This document shows positions 42,158-53,355 of a stretch of 64,000 nt of DNA, in pieces (the first letter of the stretch is position 1; every line of letters starts with the position of its first letter). Origin of the DNA: Cetorhinus maximus (taxonomy: Eukaryota); contig NC_135896.1 of assembly GCF_964194155.1 (NCBI RefSeq), forward strand, positions 25,110,001 to 25,174,000, given 5' to 3'. A program made the position numbers and the translations under genes. Under the pieces are notes generated by a model that saw nothing but the letters and a program-made list of their open reading frames with translations, was not told the DNA's origin and ran no database searches.

Positions 42158-42300
42158 CGAGTTAAAATTAAGTACCGAGGCAACTGCCCGGCAGCCGGCC
42201 GGGTTTCTCCCGCCCTCTCTCTTTTCACACCACCAGCCCCGCACCGGCTCTCGCTTCCCCAACCGCCATCTTTCCCCCCTGCGTCACCGGGTCAGAGGTT
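42158..42300 (-). other. CPSF2: Probable non-coding first exon of CPSF2 (5' boundary unknown)
   Basis: CG|GTATGT donor on the minus strand at 42157 at the edge of the CpG-rich island; the coding exon has an acceptor upstream of its ATG. Confidence 0.55.
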
Positions 42301-42369
42301 AACGGGCTCCACCATCGCTCGCACTCCCCCCCCGCCTCCTGGGTGTGAATGGATCAGCCGGTTGCCCTT

Positions 42370-42433
42370 CGCTTCCTCCAGTTACTGAGGGGCTGGGGGA
42401 AAGACGGCCTCAGTCACAGGTCGCTAAAGGCAG
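42370..42433 (+). other. NDUFB1: Probable non-coding first exon of NDUFB1 (5' boundary unknown)
   Basis: Consensus donor CAG|GTGAGT at 42433/42434. Confidence 0.7.
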
Positions 42434-43366
42434 GTGAGTAACTGTGTCTGGAAGGCGGTCTCCGGCTCAGCGCGTTGAGTGAGCCAGCAGCAAATTGAGC
42501 TCAACTCAGGTTGGCACTGTCCTCCCGGGTTTAGCCGTGATCCCATGTCCTTGTTATACTTTCTCCTCCCCTCTCCGGCCTAACCAGACTCGGTAAAGGT
42601 CAGTTTGGAGCCACAGCTTCCAATACACACCAGGGCCACCTGGATAGGGGTAACGGCGAAGTGCTGAACAGAGAATTTAAAATGTGCAGACAACACAAAA
42701 TTAAAGAGCATATGGGGAGGAATGTAAGTGACTTCTGGATGGCACGCATTAGGCAGATCAATATTGGATGAAATGAGAACAGGCACATTTTGGGAGGAAC
42801 AATAGAGGAAATGCACAACAAATCATTCATGTTTGAACGTAGAAGACCAAAAAAGAGATGGGGAGGGGAGTCACTAACATCAGTCTTTAAAAATTATTGG
42901 ACAAAATTGATACTGCTGTTTCTTAGAGAAAAAATATATGGAATCCTATGATACACTCAACTGTTTACATCCCTTCAGTGTGAAAAATATCCATGAGCTA
43001 TTGATTTCTATGTAAAGGCAGAACTAGTTAGGAATGAAATTTTTGTCCCTCTATGCAAACTCATTATCCTTGAGTCTTATGTCCCTTTTCTTTGGTTGTT
43101 GAATTTTGAATGTTGGCATAGTTTCTGCCTCAACTACTAACCTCAAAAATAAATTCCTCAGCTTTGTAATTCTTTGTAAAGAAGTTTCCCTTGCTGCCTT
43201 ATTGTCTGGTCAATATTTATTCCTCACCCAACATCAGTAAAAATAAGATTATCTGGCCATTGTCTCATTGCTATTTCTGGACCCTTGCTGTATGCAGCTT
43301 GGTTGCTGTAACTATACTTCAGGACTTCATTGGCTGTAAAATGTTTTGTGGCATCCTGTGATTCAG

Positions 43367-43552
43367 ATTGCCATTCTAGTTCAGTCATTTTCCACATTAA
43401 TTGTGAATGAATACCACCTTCATGCAAGTTCTTATAACTTACAAACCTGTGCACAGCTTTTGGCACCTGTTTACTTGGAGTAAAAATCATTGGTATAATA
43501 TTTAGACCAAATTATCAGAACCTCCATATGACCATAGCAAGTGGGTAACTAT
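43367..43552 (+). repeat. Local duplication; paralog at 44573-45069 carries the tandem SINE insertion
   Basis: Long shared blocks such as AAAAATCATTGGTATAATATTTAGACCAAATTATCAGAACCTCCATATGACCATAGCAA. Confidence 0.9.
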
Positions 43553-44633
43553 ATCTGTTCTAGATCCCTCAAAGCTGTTGAAATAGCCTCTGTTTATCAT
43601 CTTCTAAAAAGACCTGATCTGATGGACCATGTAGGCCTTTTTTCTGCCCATATTTATGAGACCTGGAGGCTCACGGCTCCCTACCCTAGAAAATAGTGCA
43701 GAATGAAGAGAAACAAATATTTCAATGGGAGTATCGTGACATTATCTGAAAAACTTCTCTCATTTTGGATTCTTTGGTTACCTCATCATATGGATGATCA
43801 TATGGATTCTGTATTCCAGTTTTTCCTATTGTGTCCCTCGTAGTGAATTTGAGCTATGATAGATTGAATGGCCTTTTAGCTTTGACTTCTTTGCAAGAGT
43901 TTTACTTTGTATGTGGTGGTTTTTATTTCCTGTTTCAGTTTTGAAAGTCAACTTTTGTATTAGGACACATTTATTGGAACTAGCCAAATATTTAATGCTT
44001 TGGCTAAGCTATCATGATGCTAATATTTTACTGTTGAAGATATTATCATAGCAGAAAATGAACTATGAGTTATTTTGCATTGTATTAGCCATCCAATGTG
44101 TGCCTGGTTGCACAGATAATACAAATATAAACTAATATACTATAATAATGTAATTGTAATATTGCCAGCAGTATCAGTCTACCCAGTTGAAATACATTTA
44201 GCTGCCAAATCACACCAAATAGCCAAAGTTCCTAAAGATTGATGTTTGAGTTCAGTGTAAAAATCTTCTTCAAATGAGAAGACCAAGGAGTTCTTCCAAA
44301 ATTCCTTTTGTAACTAGTCCCCATAAAAATATAGATTAACTGGTCATTCATCTAACTGGTGGATGTGGATTCTTTCTAAACAGGAAATGACTTCCACGGT
44401 TACTCATATTAAGTCACTGCCCTTCAAGGTCATTAATTTGTGTTTGTTGCATTTGAGATATTTTGGATAGAAATGATACTTGTGGAAATGTAATTTTTTT
44501 TGATTTGGTAATGAATTACAAACCACAAAGCAGTAAAGAAAAAAATTCCAATTCTAATGATGTAATTTACTCATTGCCATTCTAATTCAGTCATTTTCCA
44601 CATTAATTGTGAATGAAGTGAATGAGTACCACC

Positions 44634-44961
44634 TTCATATAGGTTCTAGAGGTGTCAGCTGTGGCTCAGTTCATAGCACCCTCGCCTTTGAATAAGAGGG
44701 TTGTGGGTTCATGTCCCACTCCCGGAAACCGAGAACTGCGATTGTACTCGAAAGAGTTGCAATCTGTGACTGTTGATAACTCGAAAGAGTTTCATATAGG
44801 TTCTAGAGATGTCAGCTGTGGCTCAGTTCATAGCACCCTTGCCTTTGAATCAGAGGGTTGTGGGTTCATGTCCCACTCCCGGAAACCAAGAACTGTGATT
44901 GTACTCGAAAGAGTTGCAATCTGTGACTGTTGATAACTCGAAAGAGTTTCATATAGGTTCT
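44634..44961 (+). mobile_element. Two 143-bp tRNA-headed SINEs in tandem with a 14-bp target sequence present three times
   Basis: TTCATATAGGTTCT at 44634, 44791 and 44948; units 44648-44790 and 44805-44947. Confidence 0.9.
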
Positions 44962-45157
44962 TATAACTAACGAACCTGTGCACCTGTTTACTTGAAGTAA
45001 AAATCATTGGTATAATATTTAGACCAAATTATCAGAACCTCCATATGACCATAGCAAATGGGTAGCTATGCCCATGTAAGTAGGAACACAGCACCTTTTC
45101 ATCAGGAATTTCTGTATTAAACAGTTGTTTTTGTTTTTCTTTCCTCTCCTCAGCATA

Positions 45158-45294
45158 ATGAGTCTGGTTGGCATCATACGTGAGCATTGGGCCAATATCC
45201 TTGTCCCTCTAGGTTTTGTATTGGGATGTTATCTTGATAGAAGAAACGATAGCAAACTAACTGCATTCAGAAACAAAAGTTTATTGTATAAACG
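45158..45294 (+). CDS. NDUFB1: NDUFB1 coding exon 1 ([45 protein letters not shown]), complex I subunit B1
   Basis: Polypyrimidine tract + CAG at 45151-45153, ATG 45158, CG|GTGAGT donor; motifs HW..LVP.GF..GCYLDR and LTAFRNKS match NDUFB1. Confidence 0.95.
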
Positions 45295-45559
45295 GTGAGT
45301 ATGAAATTTACAGCTTGATTCCATGTTGCCTTATTTACAGATTAGTTTGTGTGGCTGCAAAACCCTTATTGATAATTGATTATTTTAATGCAAAACTGCA
45401 CCAATCTTGATGAGTATCATTCATTGAGTGAGTAAACAGTTTGACAAAATAAATAAAGTACATTTCCAACCATAGAAAATTTTTCAGTGTCATATGATTT
45501 GCCTACAATCTCAATGTTTATGGTTGGCTTATAACATCTTGCTAAATGTCTCAAGATAA

Positions 45560-46055
45560 TTATGTCCAATTCTGGGCACTAAGCTTTAGAAAGGTCTTGG
45601 AGAGGGTGCAGAGGAAATTTACCTGAATGGTACCAGGGATGAGAAAATGTAGTTATGTGGAAAGACTGCAGAAACTGAGATTGATCTCCTTTGAGCAAAG
45701 AAGGTTATTTTAAGAAAGGTGTTCATAATTATGTGGGGGTTTGATAGAGTAAATAAGAAAAAATAGTTTCTACTCGCAGGAGAGTCAATAACCAGAAGAG
45801 ACAGATTTAGGATAATTGGTAAAAAAAAAGACAGGAGGTTAATAAGAATTTTTTTTTTACTCAACGGTAATGATCTGGAATGCATTGCTTGAAAGGGCAG
45901 TAGAAACCAATTTAATAGGAGCTTTCAAAGAGGGTATATACTTAAAAATGAAAGAAATGTAGGGCAATGGGGATAGGACAAAGGAGTTTGATTAATTTAT
46001 GGCTCTTTGAGAGCCCACACAAGCACAATGGACTGAATGGCCTCCTGTGCTGTTT
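45560..46055 (+). mobile_element. CR1 LINE 3' end
   Basis: Degenerate ORF2 C-terminus and tail GGACTGAATGGCCTCCTGTGCTGT. Confidence 0.7.
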
Positions 46056-46069
46056 GTTCTATTAACCCT

Positions 46070-46625
46070 AGATGAAACTCTTATCCATGCCTTTGCTACC
46101 TCTAGATTTGATTCTACCAACACGCTCATGGTTGGCCTCCCATTTTCTACTCTCTGTAAACTTGAGGTCATCCAAAATTTTGCTGCCTGTATCCTGACTT
46201 GCATCAAGCCCCGTTAATCAATTACCCTGTGCTGCTGACCTAGATTGACTCCCTAATAAGTAACCCCTTGATTTTAAAATTTTCAACTTTGTTTTCAAAT
46301 CCCTCCAGCCCATAACTCTGTAAGATATCAGTGTTCCTCTAAGTATGACTCCTTGAGCATTCCGAATTTTAATTGCTCCATCATTGGTGATTGTGCCTTC
46401 AACAGCTAAGGATCTAGGCTCTGAAGTTCCCTCTCTAAACCTCTCTACCCCTCTTTTCTCCATTAAGATTCTCCTTAAAATCTACCTCTTTGACCACGCT
46501 TTTGATCATCTGCCCTAATATATCCTTATGTGGCTCAGTGTCAGATTTTGTTTGATAACATTTCTGTGAAGTGCTTTGAGATGTTTTATTACGTTCAAGG
46601 TGCTATATAAATGCAAGTTGTTGTT
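46070..46625 (+). mobile_element. L2 LINE 3' end
   Basis: ETLIHAFATSRFDS remnant; tail GTGCTATATAAATGCAAGTTGTTG. Confidence 0.75.
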
Positions 46626-47160
46626 TTTCCAGTACTACTGCTACTGCTTCAGACATAAACTCATCCACAAAATTATATGGATGAATTGCTAACCCTAAAT
46701 ATCCACAATTTTGTTCATTCAAAGTTTTTGCAACTGATATAAGTGTTTTGGTAATTTGCTTCTCTGGGGCAATGAGTATTGGAAGAAGTGCTTGTTTCAT
46801 TTCTGTAGGATGGAAGACAACATTTGTGAATTTGTTGCATTAACATTTTTAAAATGGAGAGTTGCAATATGCCACTGTCTAAGATGAGGTTACCAAGTTT
46901 ATCATGCCATTAAATCTGTATCTCTCAGTAACATAATTGGTTCAAGAACCCATAATTTATTTCCCACACTGAGTTTGCAAATTTATGCACTTTTTGTTAT
47001 ATTTAACAATATAAGGTTTTTCTTTATTTTGATTTGTCCAAGCTAATGCTTTCTTTATTTCCTGTTGTAACACTCTATTTCTTCTATATGCTATCCTTTT
47101 GCAAAATGCTTTTCTATTTGTCTATTTACCTCATCAACTTTATTTTTCTAACTAATTTTA

Positions 47161-47225
47161 ACCCCACTCCTCCTCTCCCCCTCCCCCCCCCCCCCCCCCC
47201 CCCCCCCACCTCCCCCCTCCCTCCT
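47161..47225. repeat. Poly-C/pyrimidine tract
   Basis: Run of about 25 C flanked by CCT words. Confidence 0.9.
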
Positions 47226-48953
47226 GGTTTAAGTAATTTTACCACCAGGGAGGAGATTTGTCACAACTAATTTTAACAATTCACTATGGTAACTTGGACC
47301 ACATGGCCTTGCACACAAGCAGTGGCAAATTATAAATTGCAATGGGTACAAACTCAAGAGGATCTTGATTTGCTCAATCATTGGCACTGTGGCAGATGCA
47401 ATTTAATACAGAGAAATGTAAGGTTCTGTGATTTGATAGAGTTAGTATGGATTATATATTAAATTGGAATGTACTTGAGGCCTTGGAACAGGAGAGAGAT
47501 CTTGGGGTTTTAATGAGAAGGTCAATAAAACCATCAGCACAATGTTCCCAGGTTACTTAAAAAAAGAAAATAAACCATTGGATGCAAAGAAAGGGTTGTG
47601 ACATATAAATCCAGAGAAGCTATTTGCAAACTGTATTTGGCCCTGTCAACATTACTGCCGCCTTCTGGCTCAATCATTTCAGGTTTTTCATTTTGTGCAT
47701 ATACTTTAATATGCTTCTTGCATCTTTTTCTTATCTAATCAGGGTTTGCTAATAAAACACCTTCTTTACTGTCTATTGCTGTTGTTTTCAGTTCTTTATG
47801 CTGAATGCCACTAATCTCCTTTGCTTTTGCAAACATAAGGTCTACCTTTCCTAGTTGATCCAATCTTTCGAGTACATCTCACTGCTCTTCTAACCACTGT
47901 TCTTGTGTTTTTTCTGTTTCTCGTCTTAGCTCATTGTTGAAGTATCTGTATTTCAGCTCGCCTTTGTCAGTATTGATATTCTTCCATTTTCTCCGTTCTT
48001 CCATCTTTCCATCTTCCATCACTGCAGCCGCAACCCATGGTTTCTTGATCCTTTTTCTTCTTAAAATGGGTCTGCTGTTTGCGCCTCCATCCTTGACAGA
48101 TTCTTTAATCTGTTTATATTGCTCATTCATGCTGGTGGTATCCTTATTGTTTCTAGCTAGTACTTTGTTTATTTCATTTACAAATTCTTCTTTTAATTAT
48201 TTCAGCTTCTCCAGATTCCAGTGTTTTCTGCATATTCCACCTTGGATCTTCTTCAGTCAGACTGTTTCCATTTTTTCAGGATTATGATCAGATTTTGTGT
48301 TGGTTCCCAGCTGAGCTTTCTAGTTCTTGACACTATTCCTGTATCATTGTCTCATCATTATGTAGTCTAGTTGAAATCTTCCTGTATCGCCAAACATTTT
48401 CAATGTGTATCAACCATGTATTTGTTATCATAAGTCTTGTTCTTCTACAAAAATCTACCAGAATTTGACGTTGCTCATTTCTTTCTCTAGTCCATATGGT
48501 CCTACTTCTTTGTCATCTCTTTCTTCTCCAACAACACTGTCCCAATCTCCCATTAACAATTACATACCTCTTTCCACTCCTGTTCAATTAGTTTTTCAAT
48601 TCTATCATGTCCTGATGAAATAAGAAAAAGGTGGAAGAAGGATATTGAAGAACTGTATGGGGGGGGGAAAAAAGAAAAACTCAAAGATTGAACTAGAAGA
48701 AGAGAGAAATGTTGACACTGATTTCATTGGACCAGAAATACTAGAGAGTGAGATAAGAGCAACAATAAATGAGATAAAAACTGGAAAAGCGGCTGGAACA
48801 GATGAAATACCTGCAACGCCAATTAAAAACATGGGAAACAATGTAAAATCAGTGGTTACTAAGCTTTGCAAAGATACAAATTTACTTATTAAGAGAATGG
48901 CTGGAGTACTTCATGCAGACAATAATGATCACCTTTAGAAAGAAGCCAGAGGC

Positions 48954-51690
48954 TGGACCAGCAGTATGCTATTGCACCTACCCCAGTATTATACAAACAG
49001 CATCTGGCTCTACAGACTGAATTTGACCTTCTTTCCACTAAACAAACAGAAAAGTTTATACTTGAATCATGTGGTACATTTTCTGAGCATGGTGAAAGAT
49101 CCGGTAGGCTCCTGGCTCACCAACTTCGCCAGTCTGCTTCCTCTCAACTTCTTACTGAAATCACCACTCCAACAAGGTCAACCACCACCGATCATCAGGC
49201 GATCAATGATCAATTCAAACTTTTTTATTCCACTCTTTATACCTCAGACTCCTATTCAGATCCTGGTTTATTTCACAATTTTATTGATAATATGGACATC
49301 CCATCTCAAACATCTGACTCTGTGAATGCGTTAGAAGTATCCTTTTCCCAAGATGAAACACTAAAGGCAATTAAATCCATGCAAAGTAATAAGGCACCAG
49401 GGCCTGATGGATTTCCAATATAATTTTATTTTAAAAAAACTATCACAACTTTCTCCATTATAATTGTCACTGTTTTTGGAATGCTTTCTCTCTGAAATGC
49501 TCCGTCCTATGCTGCATGAGGCATCTTTGTCTATTCTTTTAACAAGGGATAGGGATCCTCTGCATTGCAGTTCATACCAGTCTATTTCCCTTCTAAATGT
49601 GGATGTTAAGGTACTAGCTAAAGCCTTAGCCCACTGTCTTGAACCTGTCCTTCCATCTATTATATCTCCTGACCAGACAGGTTTCACACAGGACAGGCAA
49701 TCCTTCTCTAATTTAAGGCGTCTTTTCAATATTATTTATACACATTCAACTACTCCTCTCCCTGAGATTCTTATAATTATGGATGCAGAAAAGGCTTTTG
49801 ATAGAGTGGAATCGGACTACCTTTTCTTCACTCTTTGAAAATTTGGATTTGGACCCATTTTTATAAAATGGATAAAACTATTGTATTCCTCACCAGTTAC
49901 TTCAGTACGTACAAATAATATCCACTCTAAACTCTTTGACTTCCACCAAGGTACTAGAGAGGGCTGTCCCCTTTCTTCCCCCGCTACCTTTCACTATTGC
50001 TATTGAGCCCCTGACAATTTCACTGCAGACCTGTGGAGATTTACAGGGTGTTATACGGATTGGAGTCAAGCAGACACTCTCTCTTTATGCTGAAGACCTT
50101 CTTTACATCATGATCTGGCCTAATCTCGCCCATATATTTTCTCTAATCTTGAGTGATTTGGTCATATTTCAGGTTTTAAAATTAATTTGCAAAAGAGTGA
50201 AATTTTTCCTATTAAATTCTATTGCAAAGAGTTACCTTCTTCCCTCCCCTTCAAGGCCTCAGTAAACAGTTTTAAATATTTAGGAATTTTAGTTACTCGA
50301 TCCCTTGGAGACTATTTTAAGCTCAACTTTGACCCTTTATTGGAACATATGAAGCAGGATTTAGGACATTGGTCTAGCTTACCCCTTTCTTTAGTTGGTT
50401 GTATAAATTCTGTAAAGGTGAATATTTTGCCAAAATTTCTATACTTATTTCAGTGCATCCCATTGTTTATTCACAAGCGTTTTTTTGTTGCAATAGACCA
50501 ATTAATTTCTTCCTTTATTTGGAACAAGAAAACACCCAGAATTCATAAAGTTTTTCTACAAAATCCCAAGCATTTAGGTGGTTTGGCACTACCAAATTTT
50601 CAGTTTTATTATTGGTCTGCTAATATCCATAATTCTTTTTGCCTTCATTTTTGACCCTCTCTCTCAGAAATATGATCTGCCGTGCACACACTTCTTTCGC
50701 TATTTACAAATCAGTGATTTTGTGCACAAAAAAATCACCCAGTTTCCTTTATTGCCCCCCCAAATCACCAATAGATATTATGTTAAAATTAAATCCTTTT
50801 GTTAAGGGGTTCATTTCCAAATTGTATTCTCTAATGTTTTCACTACACTACCCTTTGTTTTCTACCATAAAAACTCTTTGGGAGCAAGATTTTTACTCAG
50901 ACTTATCAGAAGATAACTGGAAGTCTATTCTCCCATTTGTACATCCCTCATCCGTATGTGCAAGGCATGAGTTGCTACAATTTAAAATCTTATGTCACAC
51001 CCCTCTATCCAAAGTGAAATTATCTAAGATTTATCCAAATTTTGATCCAACCTGTGATAAATGTCATACTGCCCCAGCTTCTCTAATTCATATGTACTGG
51101 TCATGTCCTAAATTGGCTTTGGTTTGGACAAAAACTTTTACACCACTCTCACATATTTTTAGTGGCAACATTGAACCTCCTCCATTACAGCACACTTTGG
51201 AGTGGAACCAAATGGCATCCCTCTTACAAAAATGCACTCGCCTTTTCAACATTATTGGCTAGACATATTATTCTATTAAATTGGAAACAGACTGCCCCAC
51301 CTTCTTTTACTAATTGGCTACGTGATCTTATTCAGAATCTTGAAAATAAAATACACTATAAGGGGTTCCACTGATGGATTTAATATAGCTTGTCAACCTT
51401 TCTTAGATTACTTTGAGGAGCTACAGCTCTCTACTTTCATATAACTGAGCCTAATTAGGTTGTATGTATTATATTAGGTGAAACTATATCTGACCTGTGA
51501 TTGTTGTTGACTTTCTTATTATCTAATTTTTGGGGTTTAGGAGGTTTTTTTTTCCTTTTCTTCCTCTGACTTTTCCTTTCTTTCTCTTCCAAATGTAAGT
51601 GTATTGAATTATTGTGGTGCTGTAAGCTTCTTTTGTACATTTATTCATTATGACTATTGTTAAATTTTTTTTAAAATAAAGAATTAACAA
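48954..51690 (+). mobile_element. 5'-truncated L1-clade LINE (ORF2 RT and C-terminal Cys domain, frameshifted) with TSD
   Basis: YQSISLLNVDVKVLAKALA, PDQTGF, DAEKAFDRVE, FKYLGI, CDKC...HMYWSC; AATAAA near 51675; TSD AGA(A/G)AGAAGCCAGAGGC at 48937-48953 and 51691-51707. Confidence 0.9.
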
Positions 51691-51950
51691 AGAGAGAAGC
51701 CAGAGGCATGCCGATGTTCTGATGTTTGTACAATGATTCTGATTGTCCATTCATCGAAGGCTGTATTGAGAATTGTAACATAGAGAGTGGGTGCGAAAGC
51801 ACAGTTACATCGAATAGACTAGCAACAACAGGCATGAACTTTGGAATGAAAGTGAACATTGACAGAACCAAAGTGATGCATATCTCAAAATCACCAAGAA
51901 ATATGTTCATAGAAAGAAGAGAACTGGAACAGGTGCAAAAATTCATGTAT

Positions 51951-53355
51951 TTTTTTATTCATTCATGGGATGCGGGCTTCACTGGCTGGGCCAGCATTTA
52001 TTGCCCATCCTGAATTGCGGTTGAGAAGGTGGTGGTGAGCTGCCGCCTTGAACCGCTGCAGTCCATGTAGTGTGGGTACACCCACAGTGCTTTTAGGAAG
52101 GGAGTTCCAGGATTTTGACCCAACAACAGTGAAGGAACAGTAATATATTTCCAAGTCAGGATGGCGAGTGACTTGGAGGGGAACTTCCAGGCAAGTGGGC
52201 AGTATTCCATCACACCAATGACTTGTGCCTTGTAGATGGTGGACAGGCTTTGGGGAGTCAGGAGGTGGGTTACTCGTCGCACGATTCCTACCCCTGACCT
52301 GCTCTTGGAGCCACAGTTTTTATATAGCTAGTCCAGTTAAATTTCTGGTCAATGGTAACCCCCCCCCCCAGGATGTTGATAGTGGGGGATTCAGTGATGT
52401 TAATGCCATTGAACATCATGGGGCAATGGTTGGATTCTCTCTTGTTTGAGATGGTCATTGCCTGACACTTGTGTGGCGCGAATGTTACTTGCCACATGTC
52501 AGCCCAAGCCTGGATATTGCCCAAGTCTTGCTGCATTCGGACATGGACTGCTTCAGTATCTGAGGAGCTTAGCTCTGATCCATCGGTTATGGGATCACTT
52601 AGCCCTGTCTATCACTTGCTGCTTATGCTGTTTGGCATGCAAGTAGTCCTGTGATATAGCTTCACCAGGTTGACACCTCATATTTAGGTGTGCCTGGTGC
52701 TGCTCCTGGAATGCCCTCCTGCACTCTCTTCATTGAACCAGGGTTGATCCCCTGGCTTGGTAGTAATGGTAGGTTGGGGGATATGCTGGGCCATGAGATT
52801 ACAGATTGTGTTCGAGTACAATTCTGCTGCTGCTGATGGCCCACAGCGCCTCATGGATGCCCAGTCTTGAATTGCTAGATCTGTTTGAAACCTATCCCAT
52901 TTAGCATGGTGGTCATGGCACACAACATGATGGAGGGTATCCTCAATGAAGGTGGGACTTCGTCTCCACAACGACTGAACATTGGTCACTCCTACCAATA
53001 CTGTCATGAACAGATGCATCTGCGGCGGGTAGGTTGGTGAGGATGAGGTCAAGTATGTTTTTCCCTCTTGTTGGTTCCCTCACCACCTGCTGCAGACCCA
53101 GTCTAGCAGCTATGTCATTTAGGACTCAGCCAGCTCGGTCAATAGTGGTGCAACCGAACTATTCTTAGTGATGGACATTGAAGTCCCCCACCCAGAGTAC
53201 ATTCGACACCCTTGCCACCCGCAGTGCTTCCTTCAAGTGGTGTTCAACATGGAGGAGCACTGATTCATCAGCTGAGGGGGTAGTGCGGTACATGGTAATC
53301 AGCAGGAGGTTTCCTTGCCATGTTTGACCTGATGCCATGAGACTTCATAGGGTCC
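51951..53355 (-). mobile_element. CR1-clade LINE (internally deleted) inserted into the RTE
   Basis: QQDLGNIQAWADMWQVTFAPHKCQAM and KPGDQPWFNE motifs; splits the RTE F-M-Y|L-G-S motif. Confidence 0.8.

Larger units (their letters stand above)
42150..42600. promoter_or_regulatory. CpG-island bidirectional promoter shared by CPSF2 and NDUFB1; YY1-type motif AAGATGGCGG (minus, 42263-42272)
   Basis: Local GC/CpG enrichment in an AT-rich background, with opposing splice donors at 42157 (-) and 42434 (+). Confidence 0.8.

Noticed and set aside
44634-44961. Repeat-spacer pattern read as a CRISPR-like array or retrozyme
   Set aside because: The long units are identical SINEs and the short repeats are host target sequence; no cas genes; the unit has GAAA hairpins but no CTGANGA core with a paired stem II.
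47161-47225. Poly-C tract as a functional G-quadruplex or polyproline exon
   Set aside because: Simple homopolymer of uncertain assembled length, with no splice context.
49464-51374. Cluster of long ORFs as a host gene
   Set aside because: Frameshifted pieces of a single L1 ORF2.
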